In this document: positions 48,421-61,691 of the stretch, piece after piece | Numbering within the stretch: the first letter of the stretch is position 1 | Layout of the letters: each line of letters begins with the position of its first letter | From: Octopus vulgaris | Lineage: Eukaryota | NCBI GenBank assembly: GCA_951406725.2 | Contig: OX597824.1 | Coordinates: 62,000,001 to 62,064,000, forward strand | Direction: 5' to 3' | Length of the DNA stretch: 64,000 nt | Notes under the pieces: generated by a model | The model's database searches: none | Seen by the model: the letters and a program-made list of their open reading frames with translations, nothing else | Told to the model about the DNA's origin: nothing | Translations under genes and position numbers: made by a program

Positions 48421-48620
48421 TGGCTTCAAATTTTAACACGAGGCCAACAATTTAGGAAAATGAGGTACGTCGATTACATCAACTCCGAATACTTTATCCA
48501 CCCAGAATGGATGAAAGACAAAGCCGACCGCAACGGAATTTGAACTCAAAGCGCAAGAATGGACGAAATCCTGCTTTGGAATTTTACTCGGCGCGGTAAA
48601 GATTCTGCCTGGTGGCCGTC
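48421..48620 (-). mobile_element. tRNA-derived SINE family B, tandem second copy
   Basis: Reverse complement has GGCAGAATC...GAGTTCAAATTCCG (B-box) ...GGCCTCGTGTTAAAATTTGAAGCCA. Confidence 0.75.
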
Positions 48621-49716
48621 TTCTTTTCTGTAAATATTAACGCTCAAGTATTGTGTGGATCGGTTTCAACTGATGATTATGAAAACTGGAATTTGCAGTC
48701 TGAGTACTTTATTGGTTTCGTTTCAATAATCTTGGATAACCAACTAATTATCTGGTATATAATTATTTTAAATTAAATTTATTAGAAGTTGCTATTTAAA
48801 AATAGGAAATTGGAACTAAACATTTTGAAATTTTATTTTATTTTCAGAATGCTATTGTAAGTAATCTAACCTGTAAGATCTTTATAATTGTGTTTTATAT
48901 ATTTTGTGACACAGGTGGCATAGAAATGCGGAAAGTTAGTGGAAATTTATGAATAAACTATAGCTTCCTATGTTTCGTTCTATATAATTTCTATAGTAGA
49001 AAAATATTAACGAAACAAAATATGACGTTTGAAATAGATTCTTAAATTACACATAAGAATTCACTCAATAATTTTGTTTTAACTCTCTAACTTATAGCAT
49101 TGGCCTAGTTTCAAGGGAAAATTCCGCAAGAAATGGTGACTAGCATTTCTTAATGATAGCATTTCTCAGCTTTCTCTATGATAGTCGATACAAAAAGCTC
49201 CCTTCTTCGTACGCAGTGACAAAAATATCAAAGAAATATATTGCTGTTGCTAGGAATTGAAATTCCAAATAAATCATCTACACCATAGTTCCGAACCTGA
49301 ACGACAAACATAGTTAATTGAATATATTTAACTTACAATTGATTTCCAATATTTTGTACGAATGAAAATACTTTCTTTTAAGTGACATTTGATCTCTAGA
49401 CTATGATATAACTTTCTACTCAAAGGCTTTAAATCTTGATATATCTTTGAACAATAAACTGTCAATATTGATTTGATATATTTCTTTAAACTCTTACATG
49501 ATTTCTTATTGATTTCATTTGTAAGGTGATATAGATTAAATGCAAAACGTTTGAAATAAGATCGCTACATTATAAGCGGGTATAGAGTTTGCGAAAGAAG
49601 ATCGGTTGTTTACTATAGTTTCTCGGCGTATTAAGTACACTCTAATGCTACGGAATATTTCAGTGATAACTATGCAGCGCTATACAGTATTTTCGATATA
49701 CTACTTTCACATTAAA

Positions 49717-49903
49717 GCGGCGAGATGGCAGAATCGTTTGCACGCCGGGTAAAATGCTCAGTGGCATTTCGCTCGTCTTTATGGGTTGAGTTCAAATTTT
49801 GACTTTGCCTTTCATTATTTCGAGATCGATAGAATAAGTGGGTTGATGTAATCGAGTCACCGCCTCCCGATATTGCTGGTCTTGGGCCAAAATTTGAAAG
49901 CAA
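49717..49903 (+). mobile_element. tRNA-derived SINE family B
   Basis: GCGGCGAGATGGCAGAATCGTTTGCACGCCGGGTAAAATGC...GAGTTCAAATT...GCCAAAATTTGAAAGCAA. Confidence 0.8.
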
Positions 49904-49920
49904 CATACTCGTCTCAAGTA

Positions 49921-50110
49921 GGGCCACAAAATGGCAGAATCGTTAGCACACCAGGCAAGCCCTCTTTATGTCCTGAGTTCAAATTCCGGTGCGGTCGATT
50001 TTACCTTTCACCCTTTCGGGTTCCTTCTACCAGTTGAGCACTGGAGTTTGTGTAATCCGTTTATCTCCTCCCTTGGATTTACTGTTCGTGAGTCAAAATT
50101 TGAATCTAAT
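49921..50110 (+). mobile_element. tRNA-derived SINE family B, tandem second copy
   Basis: TGGCAGAATCGTTAGCAC...GAGTTCAAATTCCGGTGCGGTCGATTTTACCTTTCACCCTTTCGGG...CAAAATTTGAA. Confidence 0.75.
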
Positions 50111-51404
50111 TTACTAGTGTCATGTTTGATAAAGCAGTGAGGTGAAAAAGTGGTGTATTATCTACGGATAAAATTCCTTGCATAATTTGCCTTGCCATCT
50201 TGCTGCTTAAGTTGAAAACCCACTGCAATTAGCTTTAACCTCCATCCCACGGGTTTCGTAAGTAAATTCCAAATCCAAGGTGTAATCGGTCGAAAATCGT
50301 CGTGGCTATTGTACAGGCTCTTTCCATTTTGTTACTCGTTACTATCAGAATGTATTTGGGGAGTTGACTTAATTTTCGCTCTTCTCAACTCACTGTTTAA
50401 CGAGATTCACTTTGTTTCAATTATTCGGGCCCTATCTGTTGTTTGACAATACCTTTCTCTCACCGTCTATCTACTCAAGAAGGCCCTGTAAAGTGTCATA
50501 TATATTGTCTCCCTCTTTGACTAAGAGATAAAAAGAAGAGAAAGGAAAGCAAATTTTAGTTTTATCCAACACTAAGGAATGTAAAAGCAATGAAGTGGAA
50601 TAACTGTCAGTAGACCAGGATACACACTTCACTTTATTCTAAAGATGATGTAAGTGTCGCTGAAAGATTGAGGACGGATAAAGTTAAATCTAAGTTAATA
50701 ATCAATATACCAACAAGCTATCACTACGAAATGATCAACAAAACTACCTTCCCGAATATAACTTTAAAAGAAAGTTGATATAATGTTATGAAGGAATGTC
50801 AATGTGGCTGCTCGATTTTCCTTTTAACATCAAGCAACTCTCCTTCATATCACGCTTCACCTCAGATCGCTAGTAGTGTTTTATATATGAATGGCGCATT
50901 AACTTGACTGTTATCTGATACAGACACGGTAATGAGCATTTGTTTTCAATATATATTTAAATATACCGATACATGAAGTTACACGCGTGAAAATATATTG
51001 GAAATATTCAAAGAATGTATAAAATATTAAACTTGGCTTTAAAAATTATCTTATGACAATTAAAGAACACGAGAATAAAGTATTATATAACATAAATGTA
51101 GTTTTAGTGCAAAATATATCACTTGGTGTGTGAAGATGACCAAATATGAGATCGACTCAGTAAGAATACATTCGATCATAGGTATGATCAATGAAAGGTG
51201 ACTAAATACTGATAGCTACATCAATAGTAGCAATAAAAGAGACTGATATAATAATGAGGGGAAAGGTAGATATATTAGCAAAAGAACAAGAAAGTCACAT
51301 GCAAACCAGAACCTACATCTTTAAAGTATGGAGCCTCATATTAGATGAGGGCACAACCAAGATTGATTCAGAGGCATGATGACCACATGAACTATTTGTT
51401 ATAC

Positions 51405-51905
51405 TTTGATAAGTTTTGGCCTGAATTAGCCCAGGTCATGTCTAACTTGATAGCACTGTCTGGAAAAGACACGTAATGATGTTTCATATTAGGCATGTTT
51501 TGGGCACCCTAGCCCATTCGAGCAAACGGATCATGCTTGTAGAGATATATCCAAGTGCAGGTGCTTTAAAATTTGTTGGAACAAGTCATGCAGGACGCGT
51601 TTGAATGTTATGAAATCTTTTCTTTTCTCTTATGTTTCATGGCATGATGTGGAACGGAGCAGGTCCAGTTGAGGCGAAATAATTCTCTCTTAGTTTTTGT
51701 GATGTGACGGGAATATTATTTGATGAATTTTAAAGTTGATACCAACACTATTTCAACCATCAACACAATTCCACATGTTGGAAATAACGGCAAATTTTAG
51801 GGTCACGAATTCATTTTGTGCTTCGGTGTTATGTTATTGTCGCACAAGTGGTATAGCTGTAATTACATTTATTATTTGAGCGTCTCGTCCCTGGCAGATG
51901 AATAA
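51405..51905 (-). pseudogene. CR1/L2-group LINE ORF2 C-terminal fragment + 3' UTR
   Basis: Minus strand, with frameshifts: QMLQFYS..., NSVGINFKIH..., RENYFASTGPAPFHIMP*NIREKK/DFITFKRVLHDLFQQIL/APALGYISTSMIRLLEWA, resembling the CR1-type ending F...GP.LFN.LP..I.......FK..LD. Confidence 0.6.
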
Positions 51906-53428
51906 AATTGCAACATCTGAATCCGAGCGACTCCAGCACAAGGAAGCAGAACCTCTCGGAACGGGTGGCTGGACAGGCAGCTGGTGACGCCTTGGTGCCT
52001 GGTGAGCATTTGTAGGGAATTGAAAATCGGTAGAAGCAAGGCCAGCGCGTGCCTGTGTGTATGTGTGTATTTGTGTCTGAATACCTGATATATGACTGCG
52101 TGGATGTGGGTGTGTTATCGGTTGTATGAGGGTATGTGTGTGTGCGTGCGAATCCGTGTGTTTTAGTGCCTGCTGTATATGTGTGCGCGCGCGTAAGTGT
52201 TTAGGATGTACGAATCGCTATATGTACGGAAGTATGTATATTCTTCTATTTGTGTATAAACGTAAACAAATGTTCTATTTGTGTATAAATAGAAGTGTGT
52301 ATATACTTCTGTTTGAGTATAAAGTGTGTGCATGTTTGTATGAAGGAACATGATCGCACGTAGGCTTGTGCTTTTTTGTGATGTTTTATGAGTATGTGTA
52401 CATATTGGTATGTATGCATGCAGCTGTGACAGATGTATGCAAGTGTAGTTGCAATAGCATTGATGGAGAGGGGGGAATAGGCTCTGGAATAACTTTTGGT
52501 GGTGTGCGAGAAAGCAAGGGCGAAATATTCATAGACAGATGTGTGTATGTATTGGTGTGTACGTGTGTGTATGATACATTGGTGTGAGTGTGTACTTTTG
52601 CATGCTTACGCCATATTTATGGAGGAGAATGTAGAGTTTAGATGGGTTGCGTAAGCATTGATGACTAAGAACGCTTTTCTTGGTTGTGGAGCAGCTAGCG
52701 TTGAGTAGCAGCCAATGTTAAAGTGATACATCTGGGTTGCCGGCAGCCTGTAGTTCGAGATACCTCGAAATTCTTGTTGACAGATACTGCAAGTTAGTGG
52801 CGAATGTGCGCTCATTCATATATTATTTAAAAATACGTAGATGTAGGACACGTACGTATTATCAGTTTTCCGTGAAAGGTAGACATATTTTATAAGTAAC
52901 TTATAAAGGTTTCTCGGTCAGAATATTTACTTCTTCACTGGTCTTGATGTGTGCATTATTTATGGACGCCAGAAGTGTTGAAACGCGTAACTGAGCTTGG
53001 TAGGTTTTGAACACTAACCGCAGAAAAATTCGCTGAATCCTTTCTATCTGTCGCTGCAACGTCTTGTGTCTTTCCATCTAAAACAAATAATGCACGAAAT
53101 TTCATACGACGCTCCAACGATTCTAACACCAGATTATACTACGTTGTATGCAGATTAGTTATCCACTATTTTACTCATGTATCTTCCTGCACTAACACTC
53201 ACAAACACACACACACACGAACACAGACACACACACACACACACACACACACATCCTTCCAGTGTTTTGAGCACATGTCTCAGAGTGCCCTCGCAATAGC
53301 TAAAATGTTCCTTCTTGTCGGCTACGGAGTAATCCTACGGGACGTTTATGCATGCGGGATTTCTAGCGGCTTACGATAAATACAGTAATAACGAAAATGA
53401 CGTGGAATATTTCGACTTTATAAATGTC

Positions 53429-53466
<38 letters not shown>

Positions 53467-53598
53467 TTGTTGCTTTTTTCCTATTTGTAATCACCCCACT
53501 TTGTCGTATGGTTAGCAGCATATAGATTTCCGGTGCATCCAAGTTAAGTACCATATTCATGTGAATTCATTAGAATTCACTTGAATATCAATTGCTTA

Positions 53599-53765
<167 letters not shown>

Positions 53766-55216
53766 TAATGTAGATATGTATGTATGTATGTGTCTATAAC
53801 TTTATTATAGTCAACAACGAAACAATAAAAGACGGAACAAAACAAACTCAAGAACTACGCCAATTTGTTTTCAAGTCGTGCCAAGCTACTTTACTTTGCT
53901 AGAATTTATTTTAGTTTCATTGTACAGAGAAACAAAGAATCTAATTTCACAATTTTATTTGTCTTTAATCAATAAAAGTACTTCCATGTGGAAATAAATC
54001 CGTTCATTGTCTCTGTTATCAAATCATACACAAGTATGCTTACACAACTCTTGCAGTTTAGTTATCAAAACACTTGTTTATCTGAGAGCATCATCTCTAC
54101 TATTCGGCACTATTATCATTAGTGATGTGTCGAATCCCATTGGCAACTGGTAATCTTCCAGCAGGTCGTGTGGGCGACACACTATCAGATACCGATTAAA
54201 ATTTTAAAAAGTTATTTTAGGCGTCAAGTTCGTAAATTCCCCTTTCGCCTTCCGGTATAATAAAAGCGATAACGCAAGTTACAATTAAACTAAGAACGTT
54301 TCGGGGGCTTATCAAATAATTAACATGCAAGTACTGGTGTTAGTATATTTCGACTATTCTTTTCTCCAAACTATTTCACTATTCCATTTTTCTCATCCCA
54401 ACTGAACATTTCGTATTGAATACTTCTTGAATTTTATTTTTTCGCTTTACATACACACGCGCAGACGCACATAAAATTATAAAATTCTTGTAAATCTTAT
54501 TTTTTCTTTTGTTTCAACAGATATACATTCCAGTCTGCAAATAACATCACGACCTCGAGGAAAAAAACGAACCTCTACGTGGTTGCACTATCTCTATAGT
54601 GCAATAGCTATATTTATCTAAAGGTATATTGGATAATATCATCTCAGGTTGTTTCTCGTTACTTTGTTTTGTATGTATAGGAAATGAATGGCGTCACCGT
54701 TAGTGATTAAGTTTCCTTCGACAGTAATATGCTCCTCTAAAATATATCTCGTTCAATGCCTTGTCTTAAAAACGAGTGTCAGAACAGTCCATTAAAAGAT
54801 CAGCTGCACTGTCTCCCTCTGTTAAAGTCTACAAGTCTATTGAGAAGCTTTGTTTGATTCGAAACTATTAGATATCATTTGCCGAAGATTCAGGCAGTAA
54901 GTTTGATCTCAGGCAGAAATAGGATGCCTTTAGTCATAAATTTCCTCGGGACCGCAACGCTTGAGCCTATCAAAAATTTCCTGATCATAATCGGTCTCCT
55001 ATAAAATTTTACCCTATAAGTTCTATTAAAATATTTGGGTCGGGTGTTTGGAATTGTGTTATTACACTGCATCGTACAACAATCACTCTAGATTGCAACG
55101 AAAAAAGAACATTGGTCTAACTAATGATATTTCACCTACAAAGATGCTTAAGGTTATTGCATATTCCAATATATGCGATTCCAAATAGTAGCCTATGTTC
55201 ACTCAATATAGAAGCT

Positions 55217-55362
55217 ACAACCGGTGTTGTCAAAAGAGCCCGATAGAATAAGTACTAAGGTCAAAGAAATAAGTCCTAGGGTCGATCAGTTCGACTAAAA
55301 CACTTGAAGAGAGTGCTCCAGCATGGCCGCAGTCAAATGACAGAAACAAATAAACGAATAAA
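55217..55362 (+). mobile_element. SINE family A 3' fragment
   Basis: ACAACCGGTGTTG..CAAAAGAGCCCGATAGAATAAGTACTAAGG...GTGCTCCAGCATGGCCGCAGTCAAATGACAGAAACAA. Confidence 0.75.
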
Positions 55363-55698
55363 AAAATATGTTTAAACAAATCTGAAAGTATATAAATATA
55401 TAATGAATAAAAATAGGTACATCAAAAAAATTAAGTCATCAAAAGGTACAGAATACATATTTATCGTGCACGTAATTTTAATTCCAATACGAGCATTGCA
55501 CTTTATCATCCTTTAAGTTAATTTTCTTAAAGAAAAATTAAGTAAGCATAAACGCATGAAAAAACAATTTAAGATAAATATTACCTAAGACGCAAATAAA
55601 ACATTGCTTCATTAACTTAATGGATATCCTATAATTAAAATATCTAATTCACTATCATATTTATCTATAAAACTCCATTTAAACAAATACATCATCTC

Positions 55699-55716
55699 TA
55701 TATCGCATTCTCTCTC

Positions 55717-55808
<92 letters not shown>

Positions 55809-55826
55809 GAGAGAGAATGCGATATA
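55699..55826. repeat. Perfect 128-bp palindrome: 22-bp unique arms around (TA)42
   Basis: TATATCGCATTCTCTCTCCCAA-(TA)n-TTGGGAGAGAGAATGCGATATA. Confidence 0.9.
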
Positions 55827-56255
55827 AGCAGTTATGTGGATCAGGGCTTCAGGATCAGCTCGTTGGTGCGTATGTACTTGTTATGTTAGGTTGTGCTTAG
55901 GAGTGGGTGTGTTTGCGTATCGACCATACATGAGAACTCACCAATGCCTTTATGTGGGATCATGTGTCAACTGTGTATATCATTTGCGTGTGTATTATTT
56001 GTGTGTGTGTGCCTGTACGAATACGTATGCATTACGGTCTGTTTTATGCACGTGTGGGCGCGGACGTGTTTAGGATGGTTGTATGGGTGAGAATAGTTAT
56101 GGTCTCTTGATGAAAAGGAGTATTTGCATTCCTATATCTATAAGCGTATGTATGGATGCAAACGTGTCTGTCTGTAGGAACATGTGTGCGTGTGTACGTA
56201 TGTTTACACCGGGTGCGTATGTGTGCATATATATACACCAGATATGCACACGTCG

Positions 56256-56295
<40 letters not shown>

Positions 56296-56939
56296 GCGTA
56301 CTCTTGAGCTTTGTGTGTGTGACTACGTCTAGTGTGTGTGTATGTAGCTTCAATAGCGTTGCAGTGGAGAAGGCTTTAGCGTGGGATTGGAGTTTAGTAA
56401 AGTTTAGAGTGGGAATAAAGAGGGAAAAAATATATACACAGATGTATGAGAGTGTGTGTCTGTGTGTAAATGTATGTGCCCAAACACGTGTATATGGCGA
56501 AGACCATAAAGAATTACAAGGAGTGTATACGTTTGGAACGTCAGCTTATAGTCCGTACAGAGGTCAGTAGAAAGGCTATCGGCTTAATTTTAATTTTAAA
56601 TTTTATTGATCAATTTTCTGAAGATCTAGAATTGAAACAACTGTAAGGGATGTTGTGAATTTTTTAAATTAAGAAATAATAATTTATTAATTACCTCTTT
56701 ATTTTTTTATCTTACTGAAATAAATAAATATAAACCACGCTTTATGTAGTTAACTTACAGTTGAATATTAATTGTAATGTTCAACATTCTTTGTATAGGT
56801 AACTAACCAGTTCTTTCGTAAGATTTTACTATCCTTTACTGAGGTTTGTAATCTTTATTTGAACTTATACCGGAGTAAACACATAAATGTGAAACAAGGT
56901 GGAAAAAGAGTACTCAAATACCAGTGGTAGAGTAATATG

Positions 56940-57088
56940 CTTTATTTTATAGCAGAAATTCAACAAAATCTGTACTCTGAGTTTTGTTGCCGTTCATCAG
57001 ACAGTTTTTGCTAGCAAAAGCTGTCTGATGAACGGCAACAGAAACTCAGAGTAACAGATTTGTTGAATTTTCTGCTGCTTAAAATAAA

Positions 57089-57089
<1 letters not shown>
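56940..57089. mobile_element. ~150 bp imperfect palindrome, probable inverted Penelope-like terminal fragments
   Basis: Arms CTTTATTTTA..GCAGAAATTCAACAAAATCTGT...TCATCAGACAG / CTGTCTGATGA...ACAGATTTGTTGAATTTTCTGC..TAAAATAAAG around centre TTTTGCTAGCAAAA. Confidence 0.7.
57021..57057 (+). ncRNA. Minimal type I hammerhead ribozyme-like motif
   Basis: CTGT-CTGATGA-acggcaaca-GAAA-CTC-A-GAG-TA-ACAG: stem I CTGT/ACAG, intact core, stem III ACTC/GAGT, GUA cleavage triplet; stem II is degenerate. Confidence 0.55.
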
Positions 57090-57156
<67 letters not shown>

Positions 57157-57489
57157 ACATAGAGTGAGGACGCATGTGCTCGTAGTTAGGGTGTTCCACA
57201 TACGATCTAGCGGTGGTTTAAAATCCGACGCTTGGTGGCGCGTTGTGAACACTTCATCTCACGTATCTCTGAGATCTCTTCCACATCTGCCCTATGGTAC
57301 ACCGTGTACATATTCAAGCAACGCCTACTTGATGAAGAGAGTGAACAGCCCATATATTTAATGACTAAATTTAATCACTAACAATGAATCATTTGTGCAG
57401 GTCGTTTCGCAAAAGTGAACGCTCATATGTCGTCTTCCACGGAAGAGTCTATCGTATATATGCGTGTGTGTGTACGACATGTTTACACA

Positions 57490-57615
57490 CACTTTCCGAC
57501 TTCCGATTTCAATCATAAGCTATCGGTTGCGGGCTATAGAAGAAAACGCTTTCCTAAGTTGCCGTGCATCGGGACTGAACCCGATATCAAGTGGTTGTAA
57601 AGTGAGTTTCTTTAC
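57490..57615 (-). mobile_element. SINE family A head fragment
   Basis: GGGCTATAGAAGAAAACGCTTTCCTAAGTTGCC...GGGACTGAACCCGA...TTTCTTTACC parallels 59230-59320. Confidence 0.55.
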
Positions 57616-58936
57616 CGCTTTAAAGTTTTGAAGTTTAATGTCTAATAAATTTTCATAATTTGCCGTATAACATGATTTGAAGCATAAATGAATTTCAATA
57701 AATTGAAGTTATATAATTAAAGGTATTCTATATACTGTAATATTTTAAACTTTAACGTCTGAAAAATTTATTTTTATTAATTTAAAGTTTGTCATATATA
57801 TATAGTTTAAGCTTTTAAATCATTAAACTGTAACTATTATAAATATATATATATATATATTCTTTTCATTTTCTGCATCGGTATTTTCATATTTAGTTAT
57901 GGCTGATAGTCTGAAATAATTAACTCTAAATATATTTAAACATCATATGAAGTTAATATACAATACTCGAATGCATACTAACGGCTTTGAGACGAATGTA
58001 GAATTATGTGTCCTACGGCCAAGTCTTGTTGTGTTCGTTGACTGAGAGGGAACAATAACATGTGTAGTGAAGTGTATGCTTTCCTCCTTTCGCTCGGCTT
58101 GCAAATTATAAAACACAACAATTTCAAAACCGCTGTAATCAACAGACGCCAGGCTATGTTGGCGCGTGCGTATGTGAATGTGTTTGTGTTGTGCATATAT
58201 ATGTGGGCATCTATATACATATTCATACAAGTATACATAGACACACACATACATACATACATACATACATACATACATACATACATAAATACATACATAC
58301 ATATATATATATATATAAATATATATGTAGGAATATGCATGTATATATGTATGTATGTGAGTGGGCGGATATATGTCAATATGTATATATTTGTGCGCGT
58401 ATGTGTTTTATTCATATACATATACGTATGTTGAAATGTATATGTGTATAGGTATGTGTGAGTTTGTGTGTGTGTCTGAGATTGTGCGTGCTTATGTATG
58501 TTTGTGAGTATGTGTATATGTAAGCGTGTGTATGTGTGTGAATATATGTTGAATATGGTTCCGTATCATTATAATAAACACTTTTGAACTACAAAATGTC
58601 AATAATGGTGTATTGGTATATATTATCTTCTAAACTGAATTTCACCAATATGCCACTGAACCAGAAACAAAGAGAAATATAGAAGAAAGAAAGAAAACAA
58701 ATTTCAAATCTATAACGGTAGATCAATAATTATCATATTTACTGTATGGACAATATAGCATTCTAGATATTTAATTGTACTTTGTAATTGTATGATTTAA
58801 CATTTAAGAAACCGATATTTTCATTATCGTTATCAGTATCTTTGTTAGTCAGATCATAAAGGCGACGGCGTTGCAATAAGAAAAGAAACAAAAACAAAAA
58901 CAAAAAATACTTGATTGTCTTTTCCTTTATATTTAA

Positions 58937-59334
58937 CTTGTTTCAGTCGATAGACTGCTGCCATTCTGGAGCAGCGCCTCCAATAACTTTAGTCGAATGA
59001 ATCTACCCCAAGGCTTATTTGTCATAAAGCATGGTACCTATTCTGTCAGTTTCTTTTACCGAACCGCTACGTTACGAGGACGTAAACACACCGTTGTCAA
59101 GTTGTGGTGGTGGACCAACAGACACAACGACACACACACAGAACAACCCATCCCACACATACATATATACATATACATATAAGACGGGCTTCTTTCCGTT
59201 TCCTTCTTTCAACTTCACTTACAAGCCTTTAGTCGGCTATAGTACAAGTCACTTCCCAAAATGCTATTCAATGAGACTGAACCCGGGGCTATGTTTTTAT
59301 GAAGCAAACTTCTTACGACACGGCCAAGCCTGCG
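58937..59334 (-). mobile_element. Full-length tRNA-derived CORE-like SINE (family A)
   Basis: Minus strand starts GCGCAGGCTTGGCCGTGTCGTAAGAAGTTTGCTT...CCGGGTTCAGTCTCA (A/B boxes), then a CORE-like segment, an internal (TA/TG)n tract and a 3' part ending CGACTGAAACAAG. Confidence 0.8.
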
Positions 59335-59911
59335 CTTTCGTTAATGTTCTAAGTTCAATTTGTCTTGAAGATAAATTTGTATTTTATAATTACTAGGTGG
59401 GTGTGGAAACAATATCTACTAGCGTCAGGTTTGTATAAACAATCGTTTTTATCTAATCTTCTGCTTAGCGAATTGCTATAGAGTAACGGGTGCATTTTTT
59501 TGCAGAATTTACTCCTTTACTTATATATGTCTATGTACTGAGGTGATATATTGGTAGCGTTGTTAGCATGTCGGGGAAACACTTTTCAGCATTCTTTTCA
59601 TTTCTCTGTACTCTGAGTTCAAATATCACCGAGGCAAAAGTTACATATTCATCATATCCTTTCGGAGTAGATAGATGATGTAACGCTCAAGTAATTTGGT
59701 CATTTCTTTTCTTACTTTCCTGTTCTGCATTCTGATCCTCTCAAAAAGTGTTTCTCGTTGGAAGAAATTAGGTTTGGAAAGAACTAAAGACACGCTGTAT
59801 TTCAGTATGGTTCTCTTGCAACTTTATCAAGAATTGAAAGCGCAGCGACTTCCTTAACACCGATAAATCACCATATCTGCTCGATTGCTGATGAGGTGGA
59901 ATTGTCTCACC

Positions 59912-61191
59912 CGGTGGTGGGCACGGTTCCGCTAACAGCTAATTAGTGAAGCTAAGTTTTCGTTTAGCGTATGAGCATTTTCGCTAAATTTGGAAATCAT
60001 CGGTGGACCCATTAGCTTCCGCTAAATTTTGTTCCGCGAACTTAAAGTTCGCAAATAAAATTCATGCGCTTGTTCCTGTCTGTTGTGGATGCAGCATCAG
60101 CTAGATAAGCAGCATTGTGGAATTCTGCAGTTTTGAGTTGTGTTCACTTACGACATTGCCACATTACTGACAATCTTATATTATAGTGTCAGCGACAGCA
60201 GTGTGGGCCGACCAACAGTCCCCGGTAATCGCCACCCAGGAGACATTCTTGAGCAATCTGTAATTAAAAGATGCTAAATTGTAAAGAGAAGTTGAATTCT
60301 TGCCAAAGATTTACTGAGTTTAGCGACTTGCGCTTAAACCTGCCAGTGCACATGAAGTGTGCAGTCCATAGCTTCAACTTGGTAGCCGGCGTCGACCAAC
60401 AAGAAAGCCATGTCCAAGGCTGTGGAATCTGCAGAGCCGAAGCACGGTGACAGCAGACAGCATTCTGGACGAGTTGAACAGGAGGTTGGTGAAACTCTCG
60501 GATGTCGGCTTCATGACTGCTTATGCCCAGATGATGTCTAATGTTGTCAAGGCCTTGGATAACATCCTGAGGGAGGACTAGCGTTATCTCGGGAGGGAGC
60601 CTTCTGCCAACTGTAGCAGTTTAATGAGTTCAAGTTCAAACGTCTCCTGTAATGCATTCACCAGATAGACACAATACTGGTGGGCATCTCGAATAGGTTT
60701 GGCCTCCCCCTAGAAGACCTGAAGTGCCAGCTAGCTGCTGCCTTCCACCCGAATTGTTTAGTTTTCCCCCTGGAACACTATAATATCAACCAGGTTAGCA
60801 TGGGGATCGTCTTAGAGACAGTTCTAATGGAGACCAATGAGGAGGGCAGCAGCAACAACAGCAATGCCGGTAAGGAAGATGATTTCTTCAGTAACATCAC
60901 TCGGTTCCAGGAGAGCATGAGCCACAGGTCACTGAAATCCAAGGCACAGAACTTGGTGAAGACCTGGCTGGAGGCTGTCTCGAAGGATGTCCTGACTGAA
61001 GTTGCCTTTTTGGGTGAGCAGGTCTTGATCGACCTGTTCATCAAGTATAACACCATTATTCTATCCGGTACCGCACTTGTAATTTTTTTTTACCTGTTTG
61101 GCAGTTTAGCGTTTGTGAAACTAACTTCTTTTTTACTTAGTGCATTAGCAGTAAGCGAAACTGCCGTTTTGGCTTGCTGTGCTCGCCATTG
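59912..61191 (+). mobile_element. Internally deleted hAT DNA transposon with TIRs and 8-bp TSD
   Basis: Left TIR CGGTGGTGGGCAC, right GTGCTCGCCATTG; flanks GTCTCACC / GCCTCACC (7/8); subterminal (C)GCTAA repeats; transposase relics LPVHMKCAVHSFNLVA (C-x2-H motif, 60340-60387) and LIDLFIKYNT (start of dimerisation domain) in ORF 60680-61234. Confidence 0.85.
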
Positions 61192-61691
61192 GCCTCACCT
61201 TATTCTGGGTATGATAAAACAAATACCAAATTAATAGTCTTGTTGATAGAATTAATTCTTCTCCACAACCATCAGGTCCTCTACATAAGTTATTAATTTA
61301 GGAAACTGAAAAGGAGAAGCAGCTTGATATTTTAGGGAATTATACTTTTAACTAGGTTTACTTCATGCTGTCTATGGAAATCTATTATAAAGAAATATGA
61401 TATCCAAAAAAGAAACAATAAAAAACATAGGGCTGTGAATTCTAAGAGGAGAGAATTTTCGATTCTCCTTACTCCATTCTTGATTAACACTTTGTTTTAT
61501 TTGAATGGATGAACGGTAAAAGTGATTCTGATATGATTCGAAATTAGAACTATTCCTCTGAGTGTGTAAAGATTCTGCCAGCTTGTCTCGCTGTATCAAA
61601 GGACAATAATAAAGTTATATCACTATGCTGAAACATATCAAAGAAGCTAAACTATCCAGGAGTGAATCGCACATTTTTATTGAACAGTGTA

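Noticed and set aside
60680-61234. 184 aa ORF as a host gene
   Set aside because: It is a relic of the hAT transposase and runs through the right TIR.
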